49,531 nucleotides of DNA from Gammaproteobacteria bacterium (GTDB lineage: Bacteria > Pseudomonadota > Gammaproteobacteria > SZUA-229): positions 1-49,531 of the forward strand of contig JABDQW010000024.1 in NCBI GenBank assembly GCA_013042055.1, written 5' to 3'. The first letter of the stretch is position 1. Every line of letters starts with the position of its first letter. Shown in pieces: positions 1-10,413 of this stretch. A program made the position numbers and the translations under genes. Under the pieces are notes generated by a model. It was not told where the DNA came from. It made no database searches and saw only the letters and a program-made list of their open reading frames with translations.

Positions 1-623
1 TTCATCGCGCGGTAGCGTTGCAGGTCCTCAGGTCTGTCCACGTCCCAGCATTCGGGCAACAGCGTGTATTCGAGGCCCAACGAATCAAGGTTGCGCAGCG
101 TGTCTGCGAGAACATGTTTCGTACCCCAAGGGATATCTGCAAGCAGGTCATCATGAAAGCTCGATGTGCCTAGCAGAACATAGCCACCGTCTTCGGCTGG
201 AACCAATGCTACATCATAATGGTCCAGCTGTTCGATGGCAGACTCGATCGTTGGCATGCCCAATGCGGGAGCATCCGATCCGATGATTACAACCTTCTTG
301 TAGCAGTGTAGCATTGCCTTGATAGCGCCAGACATACGCTCGCCCAGATCATCACCCAGTTGTGTTTGTAACTGTGTGCGGTAACGTTGCCTGCAAGCGG
401 AAAAAAACGGATGATGCACATCGGGACTGCACCACAGTTGGACATCGCACAACCCCGGAGACGTGCACATCTGCAATCGATTTTGAGTTAATTCCACGTG
501 TAGCTGCGCTGCCTGCGCCGCGCTTATCTGCGGCAGCAATCGGGTTTTGACCCGACCGGGAACGGGCGCTTTGGTAAAAATCAGAATGACGCTGTCTGCA
601 TACTTCAGGAACGGGCTATTCAT
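1..623 (-). CDS. rSAM/selenodomain-associated transferase 1 (DUF2064 / TIGR04282-like); the last few C-terminal residues lie beyond the window edge
   Basis: Absent from the ORF track because it runs off the edge. My own minus-strand translation from the ATG at 623-621 stays open to position 1 (207 codons): MNSPFLKYADSVILIFTKAPVPGRVKTRLLPQ...QLGDDLGERM...VVIIGSDAP...LVPAEDGGYVLLG...IPWGT...WDVDRPEDL. These are the characteristic DUF2064 blocks. The ATG overlaps the TGA of the upstream gene (ATGA at 620-623). Confidence 0.75.
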   Translation of the reverse strand, partial: MNSPFLKYADSVILIFTKAPVPGRVKTRLLPQISAAQAAQLHVELTQNRLQMCTSPGLCDVQLWCSPDVHHPFFSACRQRYRTQLQTQLGDDLGERMSGAIKAMLHCYKKVVIIGSDAPALGMPTIESAIEQLDHYDVALVPAEDGGYVLLGTSSFHDDLLADIPWGTKHVLADTLRNLDSLGLEYTLLPECWDVDRPEDLQRYRAM

Positions 624-1312
624 CGATACTGCTGCGCAAGTTTATCTACAGACACGCCGAGTTTAAACAACAGGCGCAGCCGCCACATTAACAATACCGT
701 GTGTAAGATACCATGTTCTTCCCACCGTCGACTCGAGGTAATCACGGGTTGAGATATGCATGCCGGCCATCCGAGATTACGCAGTCTCTTGCTGAACAGC
801 ACATCTTCCATCAGTGGTATTTGCGGATAATCACCGATGATGTCGATGCATTCGTTACTGACGAATATCGCCTGATCACCGGTAGCGACGCCTGTCAAAC
901 GAGAACGCAGGTTCATCATACGCTCAATGATACGAAACATCAGATGCTTACCCGATAGTCGCACGTTGAAACGACCCCAGAAATAACCATCTTCGATAGC
1001 GTTTATGGCTCGTGTCAATGCCTGATGCGCCATTTGCGTATCGGCGTGGAGAAACAATAAAATGTCGCCTTGTGCCACGGCAATACCATGGTTCATCTGC
1101 CACGCCCTACCTCGACCGCTGCACAGTACTTTATCCGCATGCGACTGCGCGACTGTCACAGTTTCATCACTACTGCCACCATCAACAACGATTAACTCGT
1201 GCCCCTGATTTCGGCATGGTGCTAGCTTAGTCAGTGTTTCAGCTATATGCTCAGCTTCGTTCAATACAGGAATAATAACAGAGACTTTCATATCAATGAG
1301 CAGAATCGGCAA
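620..1312 (-). CDS. family-2 glycosyltransferase, rSAM/selenodomain-associated transferase 2 (TIGR04283-like)
   Basis: 230-aa ORF. The N-terminus VSVIIPVLNEAEHI...ELIVVDGGSSDET is a typical GT2 fold signature. It sits between the DUF2064 gene and the ArsS-like gene, which is the usual gene trio. Confidence 0.8.
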   Translation of the reverse strand: MPILLIDMKVSVIIPVLNEAEHIAETLTKLAPCRNQGHELIVVDGGSSDETVTVAQSHADKVLCSGRGRAWQMNHGIAVAQGDILLFLHADTQMAHQALTRAINAIEDGYFWGRFNVRLSGKHLMFRIIERMMNLRSRLTGVATGDQAIFVSNECIDIIGDYPQIPLMEDVLFSKRLRNLGWPACISQPVITSSRRWEEHGILHTVLLMWRLRLLFKLGVSVDKLAQQYR

Positions 1313-1343
1313 AGTCGATATACCGGAGCCTAAGCATTGCTGG

Positions 1344-1367
1344 CTAGGGCCTGTTAACAGGCCCTAG
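1344..1367. repeat. perfect 24-nt palindrome CTAGGGCCTG-TTAA-CAGGCCCTAG overlapping the arsS-like stop codon
   Basis: Read directly from the sequence: a 10-bp perfect stem with a 4-nt loop. The TAG stop (1364-1366, minus strand) lies in the right arm. No U-tract follows it on the minus strand. Confidence 0.9.
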
Positions 1368-2320
1368 GATAAGGCACCGCCGCAGCTGGAACCCTGTCCA
1401 GCCGTACAACCATAACAATGGTCCATCACAACAATGGGTTCATTACAAATATCCTTGGCCATGATATCCCTGATATGGGTTCTACCGTTGCCCGCGCCTA
1501 AGCACAGACCCAGCATCTGGTTAAAGTCACAATCGTAAACATAGCCCTGCCAATCAACGCTGACCAGTTTTTTACACATGACCGAATCGAGATTTTCAAT
1601 CTTGTGTGAAGTTTTCAGTGTATTCATGTATGAATTGAATTCGCCCTTTGACAAAAGCGTACTACCGAAGCGCTTTATCGGCATATTCGCCAGCGTAAAC
1701 AGCCTGTCGAATCGTATTGCGTACTCTTCACCCAGTACCTTCCTGTATGCCGTCTCCAAGTCAATTTGTGGTGGTGGCAAGCTTGCACCTTGCGGGTTAT
1801 ATACCAGGCTCAGAATCAAGCTTTCCCCCGCCCCATAGCCATAGCTATTGAGTTTCTGCAAACCACTGATGCTTTTTTTAAACACACCTGATCCACGCTG
1901 CGAGTTGACATTTTCTTCCAAATAACAGGGCAGCGACGCGATAATTTCGACACGATTTTCTGCCAGAAATCCTGCCATTTCTTCGTATCCCGGCTCTTCA
2001 AGAATCGTCAAGTTACAACGGTCCATTACATGCACGCCTTTCGTACGCACCGCACTGATCAAATCCATGAAATGTGGATTCATTTCCGGCGCGCCCCCTG
2101 TTAAATCCAGGGTTGTGATGCCTTGTTTATCGACAAACTCGATCACATCATCGATGGTGCCACGCTGCATAACTTCTTCACGCCGCGGGCTGGCATCAAC
2201 ATGACAATGTAAACATTGCTGATTGCACCGATAACCCAGGTTCACCTGCAAGGTATCGAGTTTGTCGCGACGCAACGTAGGAAAATCAGTATTTCTCAAA
2301 TATTCGATTGTACTCAGCAT
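1364..2320 (-). CDS. arsS: arsenosugar-biosynthesis-type radical SAM / Cys-rich domain protein (ArsS-like, TIGR04167-like)
   Basis: 318 aa. It has the radical SAM CNQQCLHC (CxxxCxxC) motif near the N-terminus and the family-typical C-terminal Cys-rich tail HCYGCTAGQGSSCGGALS. It is adjacent to both selenodomain-associated transferases. Confidence 0.85.
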   Translation of the reverse strand: MLSTIEYLRNTDFPTLRRDKLDTLQVNLGYRCNQQCLHCHVDASPRREEVMQRGTIDDVIEFVDKQGITTLDLTGGAPEMNPHFMDLISAVRTKGVHVMDRCNLTILEEPGYEEMAGFLAENRVEIIASLPCYLEENVNSQRGSGVFKKSISGLQKLNSYGYGAGESLILSLVYNPQGASLPPPQIDLETAYRKVLGEEYAIRFDRLFTLANMPIKRFGSTLLSKGEFNSYMNTLKTSHKIENLDSVMCKKLVSVDWQGYVYDCDFNQMLGLCLGAGNGRTHIRDIMAKDICNEPIVVMDHCYGCTAGQGSSCGGALS

Positions 2321-2517
2321 TGTTCACCTCACGGCATCCATCGACTCAAAAATCGTACCAAGGTTTTCGATGTAGAACTGAACACGCTTTCCGGGTAAAA
2401 CTGACTGGCTCTACACCGGTTAGACTGAGTATACCCTGGATAAACACACTTGAATAACACGCTGTATTTTTTATCATCTCAGCTTTACATCACTGGGCCA
2501 ATGCCTTATCAGTTTTT

Positions 2518-2546
2518 TACGCCGCCTGGTGAGAAATGCGGGCTAG
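2518..2546 (+). repeat. REP family A copy (TACGCCGCCTGGTGAGAAATGCGGGCTAG)
   Basis: The same roughly 25-nt motif recurs at 43044-43069 (inverted), 43106-43127 and 47730-47754. All copies are intergenic. Confidence 0.85.
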
Positions 2547-2610
2547 AATTGACCGGCAGTATATACTTATTTGTACTTATTTATTAAATACTTACAGAAT
2601 ATCGGTGGGA

Positions 2611-3921
<1,311 letters not shown>

Positions 3922-5109
3922 TTATGAATCGAGAGAAACTAACTGCCACTGGCCGTCTATGCGCCCAAGCCTTTGCTTGCAACCCAAAGCAACGGCGTCA
4001 TCGACCTGACCCGGCAGCATTTTGGTAACACAATAGCCCTGTGCGCGCAGGGCTTCGATCTTTGCCTGCAACTCATCATCGTCATCGACCGGGGCCAGTA
4101 CTTTCTGTGGCGTCGTGATTTCGCAGGTAGACAGCTGCAGCAGCTGTTTGAGATCTGTACTGAATCCGGTGGCAGGTCTGGCACGGCCGAATACTTTACC
4201 GATATCATCGTAGCGTCCACCGCGCGCGATCTCCTGCCCCATTTGGGGAACAAAAGCGCCAAAAACCACACCCGTATGGTAGTGGTAGCCGTGTAATTCG
4301 GCCAGATCGACGTTCAAACGTACACCTGGATTGTGTTGACTGACGAGATTCGCAAGCTGTTCAAGGTAAGCAATGGCCGACATCACTTCAGAACCTGCCT
4401 GCGCCAGCTGCTCACGTGCACGTCCAATCGTTGACACATCACCATTTAATTCTGCAAGTCGCGTCAGCATGGTCGCCACCGATGCATCGATGCTCCAACT
4501 GGCAACTAGTTCGGCGATCTCGGTGGCCGCCTTCTGTTGCAGAAGCTCAAACAATCGAATTTCATCCTCACTGTCCAAACCGGCAAGCCTAGCCAGGCCT
4601 TTATAGACTTCAACGTGTCCAATATCGAGATAAATCTCGCCGATACCGGCGGCCTCAAACGATTTCAGCATTAAATCGAGGATTTCGACATCAGATTCAA
4701 TACCGGCGTGTCCGTAAAGTTCTGCACCGACCTGTAATGGGCTGCGGCTACTGCCAAAACTGTCAGAACGGGTATGTAGCACAGTTCCGATATAGCAAAG
4801 CCGAGTCGGAACATCGCGTCGGAGTTGATGGGCATCGATTCGCGCAGCTTGCGGTGTCATGTCTGCCCGTATCCCCAGAGTACGGCCACTGAGCTGATCA
4901 ACCAGCTTGAAAGTCTGCAGATCCAGATCGTATCCCGTACCGATGAGCAGTGATTCAATGTGATCGATAAAGGGTGGCATCACCATCTCGTATCCCCAAC
5001 TCATGTAAAGATCGAGCAGGTTTCGGCGCAGGCTCTCCAGACGCATTGCCTGATCAGGCAATGCTTCTTCGATACCTTGCGGTAGCACCCAATGTCCATA
5101 AAGCGTCAT
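3922..5109 (-). CDS. hisZ: ATP phosphoribosyltransferase regulatory subunit
   Basis: 395-aa paralogue of class II aaRS-like HisRS, without an anticodon domain. It sits immediately upstream of purA, which is the conserved hisZ-purA pairing. Confidence 0.85.
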   Translation of the reverse strand: MTLYGHWVLPQGIEEALPDQAMRLESLRRNLLDLYMSWGYEMVMPPFIDHIESLLIGTGYDLDLQTFKLVDQLSGRTLGIRADMTPQAARIDAHQLRRDVPTRLCYIGTVLHTRSDSFGSSRSPLQVGAELYGHAGIESDVEILDLMLKSFEAAGIGEIYLDIGHVEVYKGLARLAGLDSEDEIRLFELLQQKAATEIAELVASWSIDASVATMLTRLAELNGDVSTIGRAREQLAQAGSEVMSAIAYLEQLANLVSQHNPGVRLNVDLAELHGYHYHTGVVFGAFVPQMGQEIARGGRYDDIGKVFGRARPATGFSTDLKQLLQLSTCEITTPQKVLAPVDDDDELQAKIEALRAQGYCVTKMLPGQVDDAVALGCKQRLGRIDGQWQLVSLDS

Positions 5110-5113
5110 TTTT

Positions 5114-5299
5114 CTATCGCGTCAGATAAAGAATTAACACACCGAAAAGCATACTGACAAAGCCGACCGTACGTAAGGCGGTATTGGTGAGACGGCCTGC
5201 CTGGATCATGGCTTGACGCCAGCCATCAGGCGACAGAAAAGGCAGTATGCCTTCGATCACCAGCACCAGCGCAATGGCGCGAATGAAGTCATCCAACAT
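5114..5299 (-). CDS. DUF2065 small membrane protein (YjeT-like)
   Basis: 61 aa with two hydrophobic helices. Its position directly after hflC matches E. coli yjeT. Confidence 0.7.
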   Translation of the reverse strand: MLDDFIRAIALVLVIEGILPFLSPDGWRQAMIQAGRLTNTALRTVGFVSMLFGVLILYLTR

Positions 5300-5310
5300 T
5301 GCATCGGTTA

Positions 5311-6174
5311 CTATTGGCCGCCTGATTCCGAAAAATAGCGAAAGTACTCGGAGTCCGGTTCCAGCAAGATGATGTCGTCAGCCGTCGAAAAGTTATTTTT
5401 ATAGGCGTTGACACTGCGATGGAAACGGAAGAAATCTTCGTCCTTGCTGAAGGCTTGCGCGTAGATGTTGGTCGCCTTAGCATCACCCTCACCGCGTACT
5501 ATTTCAGAATCGCGGTATGCTTCTGCGAGAATGATACTGCGTTGACGATCAGCGTCGGCGCGGATTCGTTCCGCAGCTTCAGCACCTTTCGAGCGAAAAT
5601 CCCTGGCGACACGTTCACGTTCTGCCCGCATGCGTCGGTAGACCGAATCACTGACCCGTGCAGGCAGATCGATCTTCTTGATTCGCACGTCGATCACTTC
5701 GATCCCTAGCGTCTTGGCTTTATCCGTCGCCTCGGCAGTCATGATTTTCATGATCTCGGTGCGATCACCGGCGATGACTTCTTGCACGGTGCGCTTACCG
5801 AACTCGTCACGCAAACCATTATTGATATTTTGATACAGCAGTCTGCCGGCTAATTCCTCATCACCCTGGGTGGTTTTGAAATATTCTTCGACTGCGACGA
5901 TACGCCATTTCACGAAAGAGTCCACGATCAGGTCTTTCTTCTCCGCTGTCAAAAAGCGTTCCGGCTGCTGATCGATGGTCAGAATTCGCTGGTCAAATTT
6001 TCTGACGTTGTTGATGACCGGCATTTTGAAATGCAGCCCAGGCTCATAATCGGAGCGCAGGATTTCACCGAACTTGAATAAGATCGCTTTCTGCCGCTCA
6101 TCGACGGTAAAAACAGATGCCCAGATGATTACGGCTAAGATCGGTATACCGAATTTGATGATGTTGGATAGCAT
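5311..6174 (-). CDS. hflC: protease modulator HflC (SPFH/band-7)
   Basis: 287 aa with an N-terminal TM helix and an SPFH domain. It overlaps the hflK stop by 1 nt. Confidence 0.93.
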   Translation of the reverse strand: MLSNIIKFGIPILAVIIWASVFTVDERQKAILFKFGEILRSDYEPGLHFKMPVINNVRKFDQRILTIDQQPERFLTAEKKDLIVDSFVKWRIVAVEEYFKTTQGDEELAGRLLYQNINNGLRDEFGKRTVQEVIAGDRTEIMKIMTAEATDKAKTLGIEVIDVRIKKIDLPARVSDSVYRRMRAERERVARDFRSKGAEAAERIRADADRQRSIILAEAYRDSEIVRGEGDAKATNIYAQAFSKDEDFFRFHRSVNAYKNNFSTADDIILLEPDSEYFRYFSESGGQ

Positions 6175-7340
6175 TATCGTGCCTCCCTCGTGCGCAGGTT
6201 ACTGCGGGTCCGCTGGGCCTGCTGTTGGACCTGTCGTAACAGATCCTGTTGTTGAGTCAAATTGTTCAAACTGTCGCTCAACGCGCCGGTTTCGGTTGAG
6301 CGCGACATCAACTTGTCCAACGGTAAATACAACAGATTGTTGTTGCCTTCGAGATCGACCAGGACTTTGGAGCTGTTGCCCAGCACCGATTCCATCATGT
6401 CCAGATACAGGCGATCTCGAGTTACTCGCGGTGCTTGCTGGTATTCATTCAACAGCTGAGTGAAACGGTCAGCCTCACCTTCCGCACGTGCAGTGACCTC
6501 CTTGTTGTAAGCGTCGGCTTCTTCACGCAGGCGCGCGGCAGCGCCTCGAGCTTTCGGCAACACTTCGTTACGGTAGGCTTCCGATTCGTTGATCAGTCGC
6601 ACCTCATCCTCGCGCGCCTGGGTTACATCGTCGAACGCATCTTTCACGGCTTCGGGCGGTTTGGCGTTAAGGATGTTGACCTTTATGACTCTCATACCGG
6701 TTCCATAGGAGTCGAGAATCTGTTGTATCAGCTCCTGAACCTGGAAAGCGATCTGACCACGACCTTCAGTGATCACAAAGTCCATTTTGCTTTTACCGAT
6801 GCTCTCGCGTAGTGCACTTTCAGCAGCTTGCGTGAGTGAAACCTCCGGAATACGCACGTTGAACAAATATGCAGTCGGATCAGCAATCTGATACTGAATC
6901 GTACCCTCGATATCGACGATGTTCTCATCCTGGGTAAGCATGGTCGCGCGCAACGGTACAGGTGTCACCCTGGTGATATCGACCTTGGTAACGGATTCGA
7001 TCGGTGTCGGCCAGTGCCAATGCAGGCCACTTTGCGTGGTATCGACATGCTTGCCAAATCGAAGGATGATGCCACGTTCGGCTTCTTCGATTTTGTAGAA
7101 GCCGGTGGCCATCCAGAACAGCATTACGATCGCAATCACGATGGCAATGCCGATGGTACCGCCCGAACCGATGCCAGAGCCGCGGCCGCCACCACGACCA
7201 CGACCACCTTTGCCACCGAACAGGCTACCAAATTTCTTCTGGAAATTTCTGAATACCTCGTCGAGGTCAGGTGGACCTTGATTTCCGCGATTACCCCACG
7301 GGTCTTTATCGCCGCTGCCGCCAGGTTCGTTCCAGGCCAT
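6174..7340 (-). CDS. hflK: protease modulator HflK (SPFH/band-7)
   Basis: 388 aa. N-terminus MAWNEPGGSGDKDPWG, then a Gly/Arg-rich linker, a TM helix and an SPFH domain. Confidence 0.93.
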   Translation of the reverse strand: MAWNEPGGSGDKDPWGNRGNQGPPDLDEVFRNFQKKFGSLFGGKGGRGRGGGRGSGIGSGGTIGIAIVIAIVMLFWMATGFYKIEEAERGIILRFGKHVDTTQSGLHWHWPTPIESVTKVDITRVTPVPLRATMLTQDENIVDIEGTIQYQIADPTAYLFNVRIPEVSLTQAAESALRESIGKSKMDFVITEGRGQIAFQVQELIQQILDSYGTGMRVIKVNILNAKPPEAVKDAFDDVTQAREDEVRLINESEAYRNEVLPKARGAAARLREEADAYNKEVTARAEGEADRFTQLLNEYQQAPRVTRDRLYLDMMESVLGNSSKVLVDLEGNNNLLYLPLDKLMSRSTETGALSDSLNNLTQQQDLLRQVQQQAQRTRSNLRTREAR

Positions 7341-7472
7341 GTGTTACTCCCAAGTGATTGCTCATGCTTGTGCTCAGATGAAATCGCTGAACATAAGTTC
7401 AAAAACTCTGCATTTTAGGTGGCTTGGACCTCCGTCGCAAGCCGAGCTGAGTTAAATACAAGAATCACACGA

Positions 7473-8765
7473 TCACGCGGCAGCAATAGATATCTTTGGA
7501 GCCAGTGATACGCTCTCGCGACGCTCGAGTTTCTGCAGGTCTTTTCTGGCAATACACAATTCGATCAGATAGCGGCCACTGTGATCGACTGACTCATGCG
7601 AAACGGCACCCAACTGATACAATAAAGCCCGTAAGCGACCCTGTGCGGGTAACAATGTAATTTGACCAATTACCATTTCCTGCTGAAAAAAACGTCCGAG
7701 TTCGGTGCGCAGCAAGTCCAGGCCTTCACCTGTCTGTGCCGACAACCAAATACGCTTCGCATGGCCTTCAGCATCGTAATCGATCCGCGGTTCGATACCA
7801 TGGATATCCGTTTTATTCATTATCACCAGGCGATGAATGCTATCAGCCTGTATTTGCTCGAGAACCGCTTCGACTTCTTCGGCGCGGGCATCGCGGTTTT
7901 CATCGCAGGCATCGATGACGTGCAGCAACAAATGGGACTCGGCGGTTTCCTGCAACGTCGATCGAAAAGCCTCGACGAGGTCGTGCGGCAGATGACGGAT
8001 GAACCCGACCGTATCAGCCAAAATGATATTTTGATCATTGTTAATGCTCACTTTCCTCAGCGTCGGATCCAGCGTGGCGAATAACTGATCCTGGGTGTAG
8101 ACCCCAGCATTGGTGAGCGCATTGAACAGCGTCGATTTTCCGGCATTGGTATATCCAACGAGTGATACCGTCGGTATTTCGGCCTTGCGGCGTGATTGGC
8201 GCCCCTGCTCGCGCTGCTTGCGCACTTTTTCGAGGCGTTTGTTGATCTTTTTGATGCGCTGGCCGAGCAAGCGGCGGTCAGTTTCCAACTGGGTCTCGCC
8301 AGGCCCTCTCAGGCCAATACCCCCTTTTTGGCGTTCGAGGTGGGTCCACCCTCTGATCAAACGGGTAGATAAGTGTTTCAGCTGTGCGAGCTCGACCTGT
8401 AATTTTCCTTCAAAAGAACGTGCGCGTTGCGCAAATATATCGAGAATAAGGCCCGTGCGATCTAACACCCGGCACTGCAGCATTGTTTCGAGATTACGCT
8501 CTTGCGAGGGTGTCAGCGCGTGGTTGAACAAAACCAGGTCAGCCTGAAGTTGCTCGGCCAGATGCTTAATTTCGATTGCCTTGCCTTTACCGATGAAGTA
8601 CTTGGCCTCTGGGGTATGGCGGCTGCTGGTCGCTGTCTCTAGGATTTCAGCACCGGCGGATGAAGCCAGCTCGACGAACTCAGACAGGTTTTCACGGCGG
8701 GTCTCGTCGCTGGTATCCATGTGCACCAGTATCGCTCGGTTGCCGAACTTGGCCCGATCAAACAA
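7473..8765 (-). CDS. hflX: GTPase HflX
   Basis: 430 aa. G-motifs GYTNAGKST, DTVGF and NKTD. Conserved hfq-hflX-hflK-hflC order. Confidence 0.95.
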   Translation of the reverse strand: MFDRAKFGNRAILVHMDTSDETRRENLSEFVELASSAGAEILETATSSRHTPEAKYFIGKGKAIEIKHLAEQLQADLVLFNHALTPSQERNLETMLQCRVLDRTGLILDIFAQRARSFEGKLQVELAQLKHLSTRLIRGWTHLERQKGGIGLRGPGETQLETDRRLLGQRIKKINKRLEKVRKQREQGRQSRRKAEIPTVSLVGYTNAGKSTLFNALTNAGVYTQDQLFATLDPTLRKVSINNDQNIILADTVGFIRHLPHDLVEAFRSTLQETAESHLLLHVIDACDENRDARAEEVEAVLEQIQADSIHRLVIMNKTDIHGIEPRIDYDAEGHAKRIWLSAQTGEGLDLLRTELGRFFQQEMVIGQITLLPAQGRLRALLYQLGAVSHESVDHSGRYLIELCIARKDLQKLERRESVSLAPKISIAAA

Positions 8766-8862
8766 AGACGATAACCTCAGCCTGCTTCGAGGTTCTCACT
8801 ATAGCCAGTTAACCTTTTTTATTAATAGGTTACACATTAATATTAAAGCTATTACTTAGCCC

Positions 8863-8897
8863 AAACGAATAAAAACGGCCGCATTTCGCGACCGTTT
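8863..8897 (-). terminator. intrinsic terminator between hfq and hflX
   Basis: The minus-strand RNA reads AAACGGUCGC-GAAAU-GCGGCCGUUU followed by UUAUUCGUUU. This is a 10-bp stem with one mismatch and a U-rich tail, about 40 nt after the hfq stop. Confidence 0.6.
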
Positions 8898-8937
8898 AAT
8901 CTGACTCACACAGACTGAGTATACCTGAAATGCTTGT

Positions 8938-9195
8938 CTAATTTCCATTGGATCCTTGGCCGTTTCCTCCGCTCTGGGTATCACTCCATTTGACTTGCCG
9001 TGATGGCACGACGGTTGAAATCGCATGCTTGTATACCATCTGTGTGACGGTGTTTTTAAGCAATACCGCGAATTGATCGAAAGATTCGATCTGGCCTTGC
9101 AGCTTAATACCATTGACCAGGTATATAGCTACTGGTACACGCTCTCGGCGCAGTGCATTCAGATAAGGGTCTTGTAAGTGATGCCCTTTTGACAT
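8938..9195 (-). CDS. hfq: RNA chaperone Hfq
   Basis: [42 protein letters not shown] is the canonical Sm1/Sm2 sequence. I place the start at the internal Met (9195) rather than the track start at 9216, because Hfq proteins begin MSKGxxLQDP. Confidence 0.95.
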   Translation of the reverse strand: MSKGHHLQDPYLNALRRERVPVAIYLVNGIKLQGQIESFDQFAVLLKNTVTQMVYKHAISTVVPSRQVKWSDTQSGGNGQGSNGN

Positions 9196-9284
9196 TATCC
9201 CGCTCCCCACATTCATTTATTAAGGGTGATTATGACGACTTTAGAGGTGAATACCTTACACCAAAGCCCCGCATACAAACAGTA

Positions 9285-10241
9285 TCATAGTAAAAATCTG
9301 AAGAATTTCAGCAGATTCAATAATTTGACTGATCTTGGATCGACAAAATTACATTCTCGCTCTTTCCTGAGCCAGGTCATTTGGCGTTTTGCCAGCTGTG
9401 CCGTAGCGATGATCGCCCGTTCTCGCATGGTCTCAAAGTCGTAGCTGCCACTTAGCATAGCCCATATCTGGCGGTATCCAACCGCACGGATTGCAGGTAA
9501 TTCCGGATTCAGGTCGCCTCGCTGATAGAGACGCTCGACCTCCTCCACCAGACCGCTCGCGAGCATATGATCGAAACGCCGCTCGATGACTTTTCGTAAA
9601 TCTATACGATCCGGCGGCATCAAGGCTATCTTAATGCAGCGATACCGCAGCGGGTTCTGGCTCTGCTGACGCCATAAATCTGTAAGCGTTCTTCCAGTGA
9701 TTTCATAGACTTCAAGGGCCCGTTGAATCCTTTGGGGATCATGGGGGTGAATCCGACGAGCGGCTTCGGGGTCAATTTTCTGTAATTGCTGATGCAAATA
9801 TTGCCAACCTTCACGGTGGGCCTGCTGCTCCAGTCTTTGCCGGATGCCGGGATCAGCATCGGGTAGATCGGCGATGCCTTGTTGCAGTGCTCTGTAGTAC
9901 AACATGGTGCCCCCGACCAACAACGGGACTCTGCCGGCTGCGCTGATCTGGTCCATTGCAGCCAGCGCATCAACGCTGAAACGACCTGCCGAGTAGGCAT
10001 CAGCCGGATCACAGATATCGATCAATCGATGCGGTGCTTGCGCCAAGATTTGCGGATCCGGCTTCGCGCTACCAATATCCATGCCGCTATAGACCATCGC
10101 CGAATCGACACTGATGATATCCATCGGCAGTGCATCAACCAGGCCAACGGCGAGATCGGTCTTACCGGTGGCGGTCGGCCCCATAATGAAAACCGCGAGA
10201 GGATCTTCCGGCGATACGCCCTGCTGGATCGTTAATGACAT
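9285..10241 (-). CDS. miaA: tRNA dimethylallyltransferase
   Basis: 318 aa. P-loop GPTATGKT, plus conserved mutL-miaA-hfq synteny. Confidence 0.95.
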   Translation of the reverse strand: MSLTIQQGVSPEDPLAVFIMGPTATGKTDLAVGLVDALPMDIISVDSAMVYSGMDIGSAKPDPQILAQAPHRLIDICDPADAYSAGRFSVDALAAMDQISAAGRVPLLVGGTMLYYRALQQGIADLPDADPGIRQRLEQQAHREGWQYLHQQLQKIDPEAARRIHPHDPQRIQRALEVYEITGRTLTDLWRQQSQNPLRYRCIKIALMPPDRIDLRKVIERRFDHMLASGLVEEVERLYQRGDLNPELPAIRAVGYRQIWAMLSGSYDFETMRERAIIATAQLAKRQMTWLRKERECNFVDPRSVKLLNLLKFFRFLL

Positions 10242-10244
10242 TTT

Positions 10245-10401
10245 TTAAACCGCAGAGGCGCCGAGGCAATTTTTTGTATTTTTTCGACCGAAACGACCAC
10301 GATTCCAGAACGTTAGGAGCGACTTCAGTCGCGGACATCTGCAATCGCGACTGAAGTCGCTCCTACGAAAAAAAAGCGTTCTCTGCGCCTCCGCGGTAAA
10401 T
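10245..10401. repeat. MITE/REP-like composite element filling the whole mutL-miaA spacer
   Basis: Imperfect terminal inverted repeats: TAAACCGCAGAGGCGC (left) and GCGCCTCCGCGGTAAAT (right). The core is a perfect 20-bp hairpin, TAGGAGCGACTTCAGTCGCG (10314-10333) pairing with CGCGACTGAAGTCGCTCCTA (10346-10365), with a 12-nt loop. A related copy lies at 25143-25287. Confidence 0.8.
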
Positions 10402-10413
10402 CTTCTGAATTTA

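Noticed and set aside
362-550. 62-aa plus-strand ORF.
   Set aside because: It lies antisense within the DUF2064 transferase gene, whose translation carries strong family motifs.
2422-2435. 14-mer AGACTGAGTATACC shared with 8912-8925; both copies are also preceded by CTGACT.
   Set aside because: By my rough estimate, several 14-nt matches are expected by chance in about 50 kb when both strands are considered. There is no extended similarity or symmetry around them.
7150-7230. Repetitive GGT/GGC/CGN stretch that resembles a tandem repeat.
   Set aside because: It encodes the Gly/Arg-rich linker (GGKGGRGRGGGRGSGIGSGG) that is common in HflK N-termini. It is not an independent repeat element.
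6074-7418. Several 88-134-aa ORFs on both strands inside hflK (6074-6463, 6435-6812, 7014-7418, 7136-7402).
   Set aside because: They overlap a strongly supported gene. Their products are low-complexity (poly-Thr/Ala/Val, Cys-rich) and arise from the Gly/Arg-repeat coding region.
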